DNA of 22,677 bases from Candidatus Aenigmatarchaeota archaeon. GTDB taxonomy: Archaea; EX4484-52. Location of the stretch: contig JAGLPV010000013.1 of the NCBI GenBank assembly GCA_023137195.1, positions 1 to 22,677 of the forward strand, in the 5' to 3' direction. The position numbers were made by a program, and so were the translations under genes. A model generated the notes under the pieces. The model ran no database searches, was not told the origin of the DNA, and saw nothing but the letters and a program-made list of their open reading frames with translations. The stretch's first letter is position 1. Each line of letters opens with the position of its first letter. Below are positions 8,520 through 17,496 of the stretch, in pieces.

Positions 8520-8864
8520 CTATTCGCTTTCCAACTCTTTAAGATAATTCTTATCCCTTAAAAATTCTACATGGGATTTCTTGTATTTATACAAAATATT
8601 GCACTTTCTCTCTCCTTCATATTCCCATGGCTTTATGATTATGATATCTCCTTCCCTGAGCCACAATCTTCTCTTGTATTTTCCGGGGACCACACCTATT
8701 CTTGTCTTGCCGTCAGCGCAGATAATATTCATTCTTCCAAATCCGAGGCGGGATTCAATCATTCCAAACAATTCTTCTCCTCGCTTTGGAAATTTTACCC
8801 GGGATACAACAATTTCTCCTTCTTCTTGTTCTGCCTTCTTTTTCTTATATCTGCTGTATATCAT
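8520..8864 (-). CDS. eif1a: Translation initiation factor aIF-1A
   Basis: RVKFP...ELFGMIESRLGFGRMNIICADGKTRIGVVPGKYKRRLWLREGDIIIIKPWEY. ATG at 8864 (the ORF track starts at TTG 8870). Confidence 0.95.
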   Translation of the reverse strand: MIYSRYKKKKAEQEEGEIVVSRVKFPKRGEELFGMIESRLGFGRMNIICADGKTRIGVVPGKYKRRLWLREGDIIIIKPWEYEGERKCNILYKYKKSHVEFLRDKNYLKELESE

Positions 8865-8879
8865 ATGCAATTATTACTA

Positions 8880-8954
8880 TGAAGTCTCCCGGATTTGAAC
8901 CGGGGTCCCAGGCTCCCAAAGCCCGGAGGATGGACCAAGCTACCACAAGACTCC
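8880..8954 (-). tRNA. tRNA-Pro (TGG)
   Basis: GGAGTCT...CGGGC TT TGG GA GCCTG...CCCGG TTCAAAT CCGGG AGACTTC A. Cloverleaf intact; no encoded CCA. Confidence 0.95.
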
Positions 8955-8979
8955 ATAAACCCTACGGGCATTTGTCAGC

Positions 8980-9069
8980 TTATTTTTTTGAGTATCTCAT
9001 TTTTTTAGACTTTTTTTTAAGCTTGTGTTTTTTCATTTTTAATCTTTTTCTTTTTTTACCGCAAGGCAT
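8980..9069 (-). CDS. 29-aa basic peptide, bS22/mS38 (AURKAIP1/COX24)- or eS32(eL41)-like ribosomal protein
   Basis: Manual translation MPCGKKRKRLKMKKHKLKKKSKKMRYSKK*. SD GGTGAT just upstream and a TATA-like sequence at about 9105-9114. Same strand as tRNA-Pro and aIF-1A. Confidence 0.7.
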   Translation of the reverse strand: MPCGKKRKRLKMKKHKLKKKSKKMRYSKK

Positions 9070-9125
9070 TCATTATCACCATCGTATTAAACATTAATCT
9101 ATTAATTATAAAAACTTATGTAAGT

Positions 9126-9449
9126 TCACTCTATGGAACTTCCCGGGGGGATTTCACATTCGGGGTTCATGAGGACTAATTTCTCTCCTGCATCTGCTAT
9201 TAAAATCATTCCCTGGCTCTCTATTCCCCGGATGGTTCTTGGTTCTAAATTGGCGAGAATCGGAACCTGTTTCCCTACGAGGTCTTCCGGTTTGTAGAAT
9301 TCGGCAATGCCTGCAACAATCTGCCTCTTTTGGTCTCCTAAATCTACTTCCATCTTTATCAGTTTGTCTGCTTTGGGCACTTTTTCAGCAGACAATATTT
9401 TTCCTATTTTTATATGGAGTTTTTTGAAATCATCGTATGTAATTGTCAT
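9126..9449 (-). CDS. Stand-alone tRNA-binding OB-fold protein (Trbp111/CsaA/MetRS C-terminal domain)
   Basis: ITYDDFKKLHIKIGKILSAEKVPKADKL...VDLG...RQIVAGI...ANLEPRTIRGIESQGMIL. Confidence 0.92.
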   Translation of the reverse strand: MTITYDDFKKLHIKIGKILSAEKVPKADKLIKMEVDLGDQKRQIVAGIAEFYKPEDLVGKQVPILANLEPRTIRGIESQGMILIADAGEKLVLMNPECEIPPGSSIE

Positions 9450-9507
9450 ATTCGTATGTATATTACTAATATTTTATAAATGTATTTTTGATTTAATTAT
9501 ACTTATT

Positions 9508-11037
9508 ATGCAGATTGATATAAAGGAAACAAAGAAAAAAGCTAAAAAAGACTTTGAAAAAACATGGGTGGAGACATCTGCATTGTTTTCTCAAAAAGCA
9601 GACGAAAAATTTGTATTTAACAAGAAGCAGGGAGAAGAGCATATACTGGGCAAGACAATTAATTACCTGAGAAAAACTCTTCTGGAAATAGGTTTTGATG
9701 AAGCTGAGAATCTGACCATCATTCCCGAGGAAGATGTTTTCCGGGAATATGGTCCTGAAGCGGCAGTGATATTGGACAGGGCATTTTACATTGCAAAGCT
9801 CCCGAGACCTGAAATTGGGTTGAGTGATGAAGTGATATCCAAAATCAAAAAAATTGCAGGAGAAATTGATATTGAAAAACTAAAAGAAATATTGAGAGAG
9901 TACAAGAAAGGAAGTATTGAGGGAGATGATTTTGTTGAAGAGCTTGTCGTGAAATTAGGTATTAAGACAGAGGAGGCGACGGCAATTCTTGATTTATTTA
10001 CGCAGTTGAAAAGTTTAAAACCGGTTCCGACCAACTTGACATTCAGGAGTCATATGACCGGCACATGGTACCATACTCTTGCCGCAATGCAGGACAAAGT
10101 TGATTTTCCTGTCTCTTTGTTTTCTATAGGCAGGAGATACAGGAATGAGCAGAAAGAAGATGCGGGACACCTGCGGGTTCACAACAGCGCATCAATTGTC
10201 ATAATGGATCCGAACATAAACATGATAGAAGGGCGCAGGATTGTAAAAAAGATATTCCAGAAAATAGGATTTAAAAAGACGCGGTTTGAGGTAAAAAAGG
10301 CAACATCGAAATATTATGCTGCCGGGCTGGAGGATGAAGTGTTTGTGATGCACAATGGACGGTGGCTTGAAATAGCAGATATGGGGATGTATTCTGCTAT
10401 ATCACTTGCGAATTACAATATAAAATATCCTGTCTTCAATGTTGGCTTTGGCGTTGAGCGTCTTGCAATGGTGTTGGAAGGACACAAGGATATACGAGAG
10501 ATGATATATCCTCAATTCTATATTGAAGATAAATTAAATGATGCAGAGCTGGCAAAGGATATAAGATGTATTGAAGAGCCAAAAACATCAGAATGTATGA
10601 AAATAGCAGATGCTATTGTTGAAACTGCTCTCAAACATAAAGATAACATTGCTCCGACAGAAGTTGTCGCATGGAAAGGGACAATAAAGAACAAAAAAAT
10701 AGAAGTATCCTTAACCGAAGTTGAAGAAGGCAAAAAATTGATTGGTCCTGCGGCATTCAATAAGATTTTTGTAAATGACGGAAATATAATAGCTTCTTTG
10801 GATAAAGTAGAAGGAGAAAAAACAGGAATCTCTTTTATCAAAGCTATTGCAAACAAAGCAGCTTCAGAAATAGAGCAACAAACAGGAGATTTCAAAACAT
10901 ATACTGGAATTGTCAGGAATTTAGGAAATATAAATTTAAAGGTTTCTGCCAAATCAATGAAGTACATAGGAACAAATAACAAAAAAATAAGTATAAAAGG
11001 ACCTGTGTTTGTTACAATCAAAATAGTGCGAGGATAG
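9508..11037 (+). CDS. sepS: O-phosphoseryl-tRNA(Cys) synthetase (SepRS)
   Basis: EYGPEAAVILDRAFYIAKLPRPEIG, LTFRSHMTGTW, FSIGRRYRNEQKEDAGHL, SKYY, GFGVERLAM, EVEEGKKLIGPA, C-terminal GPVF. ATG at 9508; adjacent tRNA-Cys. Confidence 0.95.
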   Translation: MQIDIKETKKKAKKDFEKTWVETSALFSQKADEKFVFNKKQGEEHILGKTINYLRKTLLEIGFDEAENLTIIPEEDVFREYGPEAAVILDRAFYIAKLPRPEIGLSDEVISKIKKIAGEIDIEKLKEILREYKKGSIEGDDFVEELVVKLGIKTEEATAILDLFTQLKSLKPVPTNLTFRSHMTGTWYHTLAAMQDKVDFPVSLFSIGRRYRNEQKEDAGHLRVHNSASIVIMDPNINMIEGRRIVKKIFQKIGFKKTRFEVKKATSKYYAAGLEDEVFVMHNGRWLEIADMGMYSAISLANYNIKYPVFNVGFGVERLAMVLEGHKDIREMIYPQFYIEDKLNDAELAKDIRCIEEPKTSECMKIADAIVETALKHKDNIAPTEVVAWKGTIKNKKIEVSLTEVEEGKKLIGPAAFNKIFVNDGNIIASLDKVEGEKTGISFIKAIANKAASEIEQQTGDFKTYTGIVRNLGNINLKVSAKSMKYIGTNNKKISIKGPVFVTIKIVRG

Positions 11038-11098
11038 CATAGTGGTTATGCGGTGGCCTGCAAAGCCACTCAGGGGAGTTCAATTCTCTCTCCTCGCT
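11028..11098 (+). tRNA. tRNA-Cys (GCA)
   Basis: GCGAGGA TA GCAT AGTGGTT ATGC G GTGGC CT GCA AA GCCAC TCAG GGGAG TTCAATT CTCTC TCCTCGC T. U73 discriminator; overlaps the sepS stop codon. Confidence 0.95.
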
Positions 11099-11419
11099 TA
11101 AATAGTATGGTGAATAAAGGAATTCATTGTAATAATTGGATTTTATGAATTGTGTGGTTTTTCAGCAGGTTGTAAACATTAAATAGGGTATTTTGTGGGA
11201 GGAAACAATTTGTTGTAAAATATCTGCGTACGAAATCTTTATACTTGGGCACTAATGGTGAGGTTATGGCGTAGTATCTTAATATTATTGCATAGCGAAT
11301 TCATCAGTTCCTTATGTATTCGATTTGAGGGGGGAAATTAAATAGAGCTAACACAATAGGGATAACACACCAAGAGAATAAATTAGTAATGTTTTTATAG
11401 TTTGTTTTTAGAATTAAAT

Positions 11420-12784
11420 ATGAAAAAAATATCTTTGGTTATTTTTAGTTTGATTATATCTTTTGTTTTTTTTAGTTCTGTTGTTTTTTCTTTGAGTTGT
11501 ACCTTCAAGAATATTGGTATTGGTGGTACTTGTGGTGGTACTGAGATAGGAATTGTTTCCTTTTTAAGAGAAAAGGGAACTTCTATTATGCCATACGACA
11601 ACAATATTTATGGCTATGCTCTATGCTGCGATGGTATTTCAGCCAACATCGCTAATTTAAATTATGGTATAATACCAAGGGAAGATTACTGGAACGATCC
11701 GCTAAACCCCGGTTGTAGTGGAGGGTATACAGAACTCTGCAACTATCCTTCTATCTATGTCCCAAACAAAGACCTTTTTTTATGTGACCGTGGTTTTATT
11801 AATTTTTCTTTGACGTATAATACACCTCCTTTTTATTCAACTATGGGGACTTATGATGATTTTTACCGTCCATTTACAATATGCCTTCCTGCAATAGAAG
11901 GACAAATGCTTTCTTCCTATGTTAGTTCAGATGAAAATTGTAATGGAGGGGATGAAAAATTATTCGTTCTTGCCAAAAAAATTAATTCTCTTGTGTATGA
12001 TGACATACCTTTTGGGAATGGAGGTTATGCTGTATGCATCCATGAAGTACTGGATACTACTGACCCTATAGTTGAGATTCTCTCGCCAGAGCAAGGTATG
12101 AGCTATATGTCTCCCAATATCGATATAGATGTCGTCACAAATGAACAAGCCATATCGTGCAAATACTCGCTTGATGGAGGGGCAGATATTGATTTAACAT
12201 CTACTCCGGATAAGATGCACTGGTCAAAAAGCATAGTTCTTGCTAATCTGGGAACTCATAAGATTAATGTTAGTTGTGTGGATACAACAAACAACAATCA
12301 AGGAACAGATTCTGTAACATTTACATGGGATATGGGAGCAGAATCCGCTGATTTTGATAATTCTCCCCTTTCAATGAAATTAAATGAAAAGGCGAAAATA
12401 AATATCTATCTTAAAAATTTCTATGACAAGCCAGTCACATTTAATTTAAATGTAAGTGATGATGACTGGGGTCTTGTGCTTACCCGCTTCGGGTGGTTTG
12501 AAGGACACAGGAGCGATTTAAACAGGACTAATTTAAATGTGATGGTATCTTCGGGCAATACAGAAACAGTCTCCTTCATACAGGAAGGCGGGATGGTCGG
12601 GACAGGCAATCTGGTGTTGAATATAAAATTAGACGGAAGCTATATTATGAAGGATATAAAGAAAACGATTGTGATAGAGCCACTAGAGAAAAAATCTTTT
12701 TTCGCATCAAGCCCGGACATCAGGACAACAGGATTTATCCTCGTTGCATTGTTTTCAGCGATACTGATATTTTTAAAGAAATAA
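11420..12784 (+). CDS. Secreted/surface protein with Cys-rich N-domain, Ig-like domains and C-terminal membrane anchor
   Basis: Signal peptide MKKISLVIFSLIISFVFFSSVVFS. Ig-like DTTDPIVEILSP...CKYSLDG...GTHKINVSCVD. Ends SPDIRTTGFILVALFSAILIFLKK. Confidence 0.75.
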   Translation: MKKISLVIFSLIISFVFFSSVVFSLSCTFKNIGIGGTCGGTEIGIVSFLREKGTSIMPYDNNIYGYALCCDGISANIANLNYGIIPREDYWNDPLNPGCSGGYTELCNYPSIYVPNKDLFLCDRGFINFSLTYNTPPFYSTMGTYDDFYRPFTICLPAIEGQMLSSYVSSDENCNGGDEKLFVLAKKINSLVYDDIPFGNGGYAVCIHEVLDTTDPIVEILSPEQGMSYMSPNIDIDVVTNEQAISCKYSLDGGADIDLTSTPDKMHWSKSIVLANLGTHKINVSCVDTTNNNQGTDSVTFTWDMGAESADFDNSPLSMKLNEKAKINIYLKNFYDKPVTFNLNVSDDDWGLVLTRFGWFEGHRSDLNRTNLNVMVSSGNTETVSFIQEGGMVGTGNLVLNIKLDGSYIMKDIKKTIVIEPLEKKSFFASSPDIRTTGFILVALFSAILIFLKK

Positions 12785-12803
12785 TTCTTTTAAACAATTA
12801 ACT

Positions 12804-13724
12804 ATGAATTACATTGTCAAAAAACAGGAAAAAGATAAAGAGCATTTCAAAGTAAAAAAACTTGATGACTCAGACATAAAAGCGCTTTCTGCTAATGCAA
12901 TAAAGATTCTGGAGCTTTTGTCAAGAAAGGAAATGTATCCTAAAAAAATTGCCCAGATCATAAATATGAATGAGCAAAAGGTATATTATTATATTAAAAA
13001 TCTGAAAAAGGCAGGTCTTGTTCATGTTGTGAGGGAGGAAACTTTTGGGGGTCTGAATGCAAAATATTTTAGTTCTTCTTCAGACGGGGCGTTTGTTTTG
13101 TGGAAAAAGGAAAGAGCGCGCGGGAGAGAAAAAGAAGAAAGTGTGCCATTGTTGAATATCACAAAGAATCTTTCAAATACTATTTTTGTGCCGGGCTCAC
13201 CCATCCACCATGGAAAACAAATGGCAAAGGCAGAAGATGAACGGCTTGCAATTCTTATTGCTCTTTTCATGGGTTCTTTTTCCTCATCATGTTCTTTTAA
13301 TTTGGCAAATGTAAAATACGACACGCAGATGACCGAAGATGATCTGAAAAAAAATTTAATAATTATCGGCGGTCCAGCAATAAACAAAATTGCCGCGCTC
13401 GTGAATAAAAATCTTGCTGTAAGATTTTTGAAAAAGGATGATTTTTATTACTGCCTGCATTCAAAAATATCGGGTAAAGAATATGCTGGTGAGAATTACG
13501 GGTTTGTAGAGAAACTAACAAATCCATTTAATAAATATTCCGATATCCTTGTTGTCGGCGGTCGCAGAAGTGTGGGTACAGAAGCAGCAGTGTTTTTTTT
13601 AATTAATCACTTCGGGTTGTTTGAAGAGGGGAATAAGTATAATAAAAACATTTATTCAAAGATAATCAAGGGGTTTGACCAGGACAATGACGGGATTGTG
13701 GATATGGTTGAAGAGATAGAGTAG
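12804..13724 (+). CDS. Winged-HTH regulator fused to an S-layer-C-terminal-like domain
   Basis: KILELLSRKEMYPKKIAQIINMNEQKVYYYIKNLKKAGLV (HTH); KKNLIIIGGPAINKIAA; LVVGGRRSVGTEAAV; C-terminal DQDNDGIVD. Confidence 0.7.
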   Translation: MNYIVKKQEKDKEHFKVKKLDDSDIKALSANAIKILELLSRKEMYPKKIAQIINMNEQKVYYYIKNLKKAGLVHVVREETFGGLNAKYFSSSSDGAFVLWKKERARGREKEESVPLLNITKNLSNTIFVPGSPIHHGKQMAKAEDERLAILIALFMGSFSSSCSFNLANVKYDTQMTEDDLKKNLIIIGGPAINKIAALVNKNLAVRFLKKDDFYYCLHSKISGKEYAGENYGFVEKLTNPFNKYSDILVVGGRRSVGTEAAVFFLINHFGLFEEGNKYNKNIYSKIIKGFDQDNDGIVDMVEEIE

Positions 13725-13725
13725 G

Positions 13726-16158
13726 CTATATTTTGATTAATGTGTTTTCTTCCTGATTTTCATTAACATTCAAATCAACGTTTTCAACTTTTCCCACGCC
13801 TTTTATATCTTCAACTACCTGTTCGATCAATTCCTTTTCTTTTTTTGTTTTAAGGCTTATTTTAACTTGTTTTAATTCTGTTTTGAGGGACATACTATTC
13901 TGGTTTTTGTATTGCCTTATTTGGGAAATTATTTCGCAGAACAAATCTCCTGTTTCCAGGCATTTTTGGGCATTTTTTTGCGGTTTTGTTTGAGACCAGT
14001 TGCAGAGGTGAATGCTTTTTTGCATCTCGTTTTTGTTGAAATATAATTGGTATATTTCCTCAGTTACAAAAGGGGTAAATGGAGCAAACATTTTAAGAAT
14101 GTCAAAGAGGGTTGAATTTAATGTAAAGAGTGCGCTCTTTTTGCTTTCTGTCAATTCTTCATCATAAATCCTGTATTTTACAAATTCCAGGTAATTGTCG
14201 CAAAATGAGTTGAAGAAGAGCATTTCTATTTCTTTTTTTGCAGCAGAGTATTCGTATTTGTCCATGTGTTTTGTTACAGACTCTATTGTTTTGTTTGTTT
14301 TTTCAAGCATCCATATGTCTAAAATTTCGGGATTATTGTTTTTTGTTTTGTCTATGTTGTGTTTGCATAGGTGGGAGACAGTGAATCTGCTTGCATTCCA
14401 TAGTTTTATGCATAGCTTCATTCCATTCCTCAGGTCGTCTTCTTTAAATGATAAATCATCGCCCAGCTTTGATTTTGCTGCCCAGTAGCGAAGCGCATCT
14501 GCACTGTATTTTTCAATCATTACCTGTGGTTCAACTACATTGCCTTTGGATTTGCTCATCTTTTTTCCTTTTGGGTCTAATGCCCATCCGCTTATCATTA
14601 CGTCATTCCAGGGATTTGTTTTGTTGTGCAGTTGTGACTTTACAACTGTATTGAACAGCCAGAAACTGATTATGTCATGTGCCTGGGCTCTTAAGTTCAT
14701 CGGGTAGATTTCATTGTATCTTTTTGGAACCAGGCTTGCTGCAATCTGAGGAGTCATGGATGAAGTTGCCCATGTATCGAGTACGTCCATTTCCGGCACA
14801 AACTCATCGCAGTTGCATTTCGGACATTTTTTGATTAATGGTTTATCTTCGATAGGATCTGTTGGCAGTTGTTTTTCGTCAGCAAGAACAACTTCGCCGC
14901 ATTTTTTACAATACCACAAAGGTATCGGGACGCCGAATTTTTTTTGCCTAGATAGGCACCAGTCCCATTTTAGTCCTTTTATCCAGTTGTCGAGCCTGTT
15001 TTTCATGTAAAGAGGAGTCCAGTTTAATTTTGCTCCTGCTTTAAGCAATTTTTCCTTTAAATCAAGGTATTTGATAAACCACTGCTCTGTTGCGACAAAT
15101 TCTACATCTGTTCCGCAACGTTCATGTGTGTTGACAACATGTTTTATAGGTTCCTGTTTGATTAGATTTCCTGATTTTTTCAGATCTATTATTATTTCTT
15201 CTCTTGCTTTAAGAGATGACATTCCCTCGTATTTTCCTGCTTTTTTGTTATATACTCCGTCAACCCCCATTATATTGATTGGTTTGACTCCCTGGTGACG
15301 GCTCATCCATTCAATACATTCTACGCCGCCGTAGCTGCAATAGTATACAACACCTGTGCCGTAATCCATGTCTGTCTCTTCGTCAGGAGTGACCTCAATC
15401 TCTGCTTCGGTTACCGGCATCTTTACATATTTGCCGATTAGATTTTTGTATCTTTTGTCGTCCGGGTGGACGCTTATTCCTATGCATGCAGGAAGAAGTT
15501 CGGGTCTTGTTGTTGCGAAGACTAGTTCTTCTTTTGTTCCGATTACAGGGACTTTAATGTGGTTTAGGTGAGATTCTCTCTCTGCGTCTTCCAGTTCTAC
15601 CTGTGCAATTGCGGTTCTGCATTTTGGGCAGATCATTATCGGGGATTTTTCCCTGTAAATCCTGCCGCTTTTGTGTAAATCGATAAAGCTCTTCTGAGAT
15701 ATCTTTCTGCAATGCTCGTTTATTGTTGTATAGAATAATTCAAAGTCAGCGCTCAAGCCTATTTTTTTCCAGCCATAAACATATTGCGGTCTTATTTCCT
15801 CTAGTGTCTTTAGGCAAAGGTCTATAAATTCACTTCTTTCCATGTCTTTTGACCTGACTTTTTTTGTTTTTTCTATAAGAATTATTGTTGCCAGACCATT
15901 GTCGTCTGTTCCGAATGGGTAAAATACATTGTAGCCTTTCATTCGTTTGTATCTTGCGATAAAGTCCATCTGAGAATAAGAAAAAGAATGTCCGAGATGC
16001 ATTTTTCCTGAAACTGTTGGTGGAGGCGTGTCGATAGAAAATATTTTTTTCTTTGTGTCTTTTTCGTCGAATTTATATATTTTATTTTCTATCCAGTAGT
16101 TGATGTATTTTTCTTCGGCTTCTTTTGGATTATATTTGTTTGGAAAATCTACTTCCAT
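13726..16158 (-). CDS. valS: Valyl-tRNA synthetase (archaeal type)
   Basis: FSIDTPPPTVSGKMHLGH, ATTRPEL, DWCLSRQ, DVLDTWATSS, QAHDIISFW, KMSKSKGN. Confidence 0.97.
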   Translation of the reverse strand: MEVDFPNKYNPKEAEEKYINYWIENKIYKFDEKDTKKKIFSIDTPPPTVSGKMHLGHSFSYSQMDFIARYKRMKGYNVFYPFGTDDNGLATIILIEKTKKVRSKDMERSEFIDLCLKTLEEIRPQYVYGWKKIGLSADFELFYTTINEHCRKISQKSFIDLHKSGRIYREKSPIMICPKCRTAIAQVELEDAERESHLNHIKVPVIGTKEELVFATTRPELLPACIGISVHPDDKRYKNLIGKYVKMPVTEAEIEVTPDEETDMDYGTGVVYYCSYGGVECIEWMSRHQGVKPINIMGVDGVYNKKAGKYEGMSSLKAREEIIIDLKKSGNLIKQEPIKHVVNTHERCGTDVEFVATEQWFIKYLDLKEKLLKAGAKLNWTPLYMKNRLDNWIKGLKWDWCLSRQKKFGVPIPLWYCKKCGEVVLADEKQLPTDPIEDKPLIKKCPKCNCDEFVPEMDVLDTWATSSMTPQIAASLVPKRYNEIYPMNLRAQAHDIISFWLFNTVVKSQLHNKTNPWNDVMISGWALDPKGKKMSKSKGNVVEPQVMIEKYSADALRYWAAKSKLGDDLSFKEDDLRNGMKLCIKLWNASRFTVSHLCKHNIDKTKNNNPEILDIWMLEKTNKTIESVTKHMDKYEYSAAKKEIEMLFFNSFCDNYLEFVKYRIYDEELTESKKSALFTLNSTLFDILKMFAPFTPFVTEEIYQLYFNKNEMQKSIHLCNWSQTKPQKNAQKCLETGDLFCEIISQIRQYKNQNSMSLKTELKQVKISLKTKKEKELIEQVVEDIKGVGKVENVDLNVNENQEENTLIKI

Positions 16159-16195
16159 AGTCTATATGGCATAGGAAATTTTAAAAGAATTTTTT

Positions 16196-17458
16196 TTACA
16201 AGCCCCACCAAATATGTCCTTTGTTTTCTAACTCTTCTTTTAGGTGTTCTTTTTTTCTTTTCAAATCAATTAAAATACCTTTTTCTTCAAGTATTCTAAA
16301 AATGTCGATGTTTTCAAATTCTTTATGACTAACAGCACATACAATAACATCGTATTTTTCTTTTGGTTCTTTGTTTTCAATATTAAATATGATTTTTCTT
16401 TCAATCAAAGGTTCCCATAAGCATATATGTTTAATTCGTGTTTTTTTCAGGGACTGAATTAAAATTTCTACTTTAGAATCCCTTAAATCAGGTACATTTT
16501 CCTTGTATGTTGCTCCAAGAATTAGGATTCTTGCGTTGTCTGTACTTTTATCCTGTTTTTTGAGGAGGCTTTTTATTTTTTCTGCAACAAAAAGAGGAAG
16601 CTGTTCATTGGTTTGCCTTCCTGCTAAAATTAATTTTGGATCATAATCAACTTCCTTGGCTCTCTGCGCCAGATAATATGGGTCAACAGGAATACAATGT
16701 CCTCCCACGAATCCAGGAGAGTATCTTATAAAGTTCCATTTGGTGTCGGCGGCATCAAAAATTTCTTTTGTGTCGAGATTCATCTTGTCAAAAAGCATAG
16801 CCAGTTCATTGAACAAGGCTATGTTTATGTCCCTTTGTATATTTTCAATAACTTTTGCTGCTTCTGCTATTTTTATAGAGGATGCAGAGTGTACTTTTGT
16901 TATCTTTGAATAAACTTCCTTTATTGACTGTAGGGTTTGTTTAGTATCTCCTGAGACTATTTTTGTAATTGCATTTATGTTGTGTTCCTTATCGCCAGGA
17001 TTTATCCTTTCGGGAGAATACCCTATAAAAAAATCTTCTTTATATTTCAGCCCTGTGTTTTTTTTCAATATTTCAAGGCAAAATTCCTCTGTGCATCCCG
17101 GGTATGTGGTGGATTCATAAACAACAATCGCTCCTTTTTTTATGTTTTTTCCGGCAATTGCAGAGGCACTTTCCAGGTATTTTAAATCCGGTGTCTTGTC
17201 CTCTTTAACCGGTGTCGGAACAGAGATTATCACAACATCTCCTTTATTTATCTGCTTTTCGTCTGTTGTATATTGAATATTGCATTTAATATCTTCGAAC
17301 TCCTCTTTTGTAGTTTCTTTGTTTGAATCAAAATGGTTTTTTAATTCTTCTATCCTTTTTTCGCTGATGTCAAAGGCAATTACTTTAAAGTGCTTTGCAA
17401 GTTTGACGGCAAGAGGAAGTCCCACATATCCGACTCCCAATATGGCTATTGTTTTCAT
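16196..17458 (-). CDS. UDP-N-acetylhexosamine 6-dehydrogenase (WbpO/TviB-like nucleotide sugar dehydrogenase)
   Basis: GVGYVGLPLA, VPTP, YESTTYPG, YSPERINPGD, KVIENIQRDINIA, GGHCIPVDPYYL, GATYKENVPDLRDS. Confidence 0.92.
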   Translation of the reverse strand: MKTIAILGVGYVGLPLAVKLAKHFKVIAFDISEKRIEELKNHFDSNKETTKEEFEDIKCNIQYTTDEKQINKGDVVIISVPTPVKEDKTPDLKYLESASAIAGKNIKKGAIVVYESTTYPGCTEEFCLEILKKNTGLKYKEDFFIGYSPERINPGDKEHNINAITKIVSGDTKQTLQSIKEVYSKITKVHSASSIKIAEAAKVIENIQRDINIALFNELAMLFDKMNLDTKEIFDAADTKWNFIRYSPGFVGGHCIPVDPYYLAQRAKEVDYDPKLILAGRQTNEQLPLFVAEKIKSLLKKQDKSTDNARILILGATYKENVPDLRDSKVEILIQSLKKTRIKHICLWEPLIERKIIFNIENKEPKEKYDVIVCAVSHKEFENIDIFRILEEKGILIDLKRKKEHLKEELENKGHIWWGL

Positions 17459-17496
17459 AATTTATTGACGAGTCTAATTATAGTGGAGTCAAATTT

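Noticed and set aside
9307-9507. 67-aa N-terminal extension of SepRS
   Set aside because: Overlaps the antisense Trbp111-like gene and the promoter; ATG 9508 fits normal SepRS.
11099-11419. 320-bp spacer after tRNA-Cys as ncRNA, att scar or pseudogene
   Set aside because: I could find no convincing ORF, stable structure or duplicate of the tRNA 3' end.
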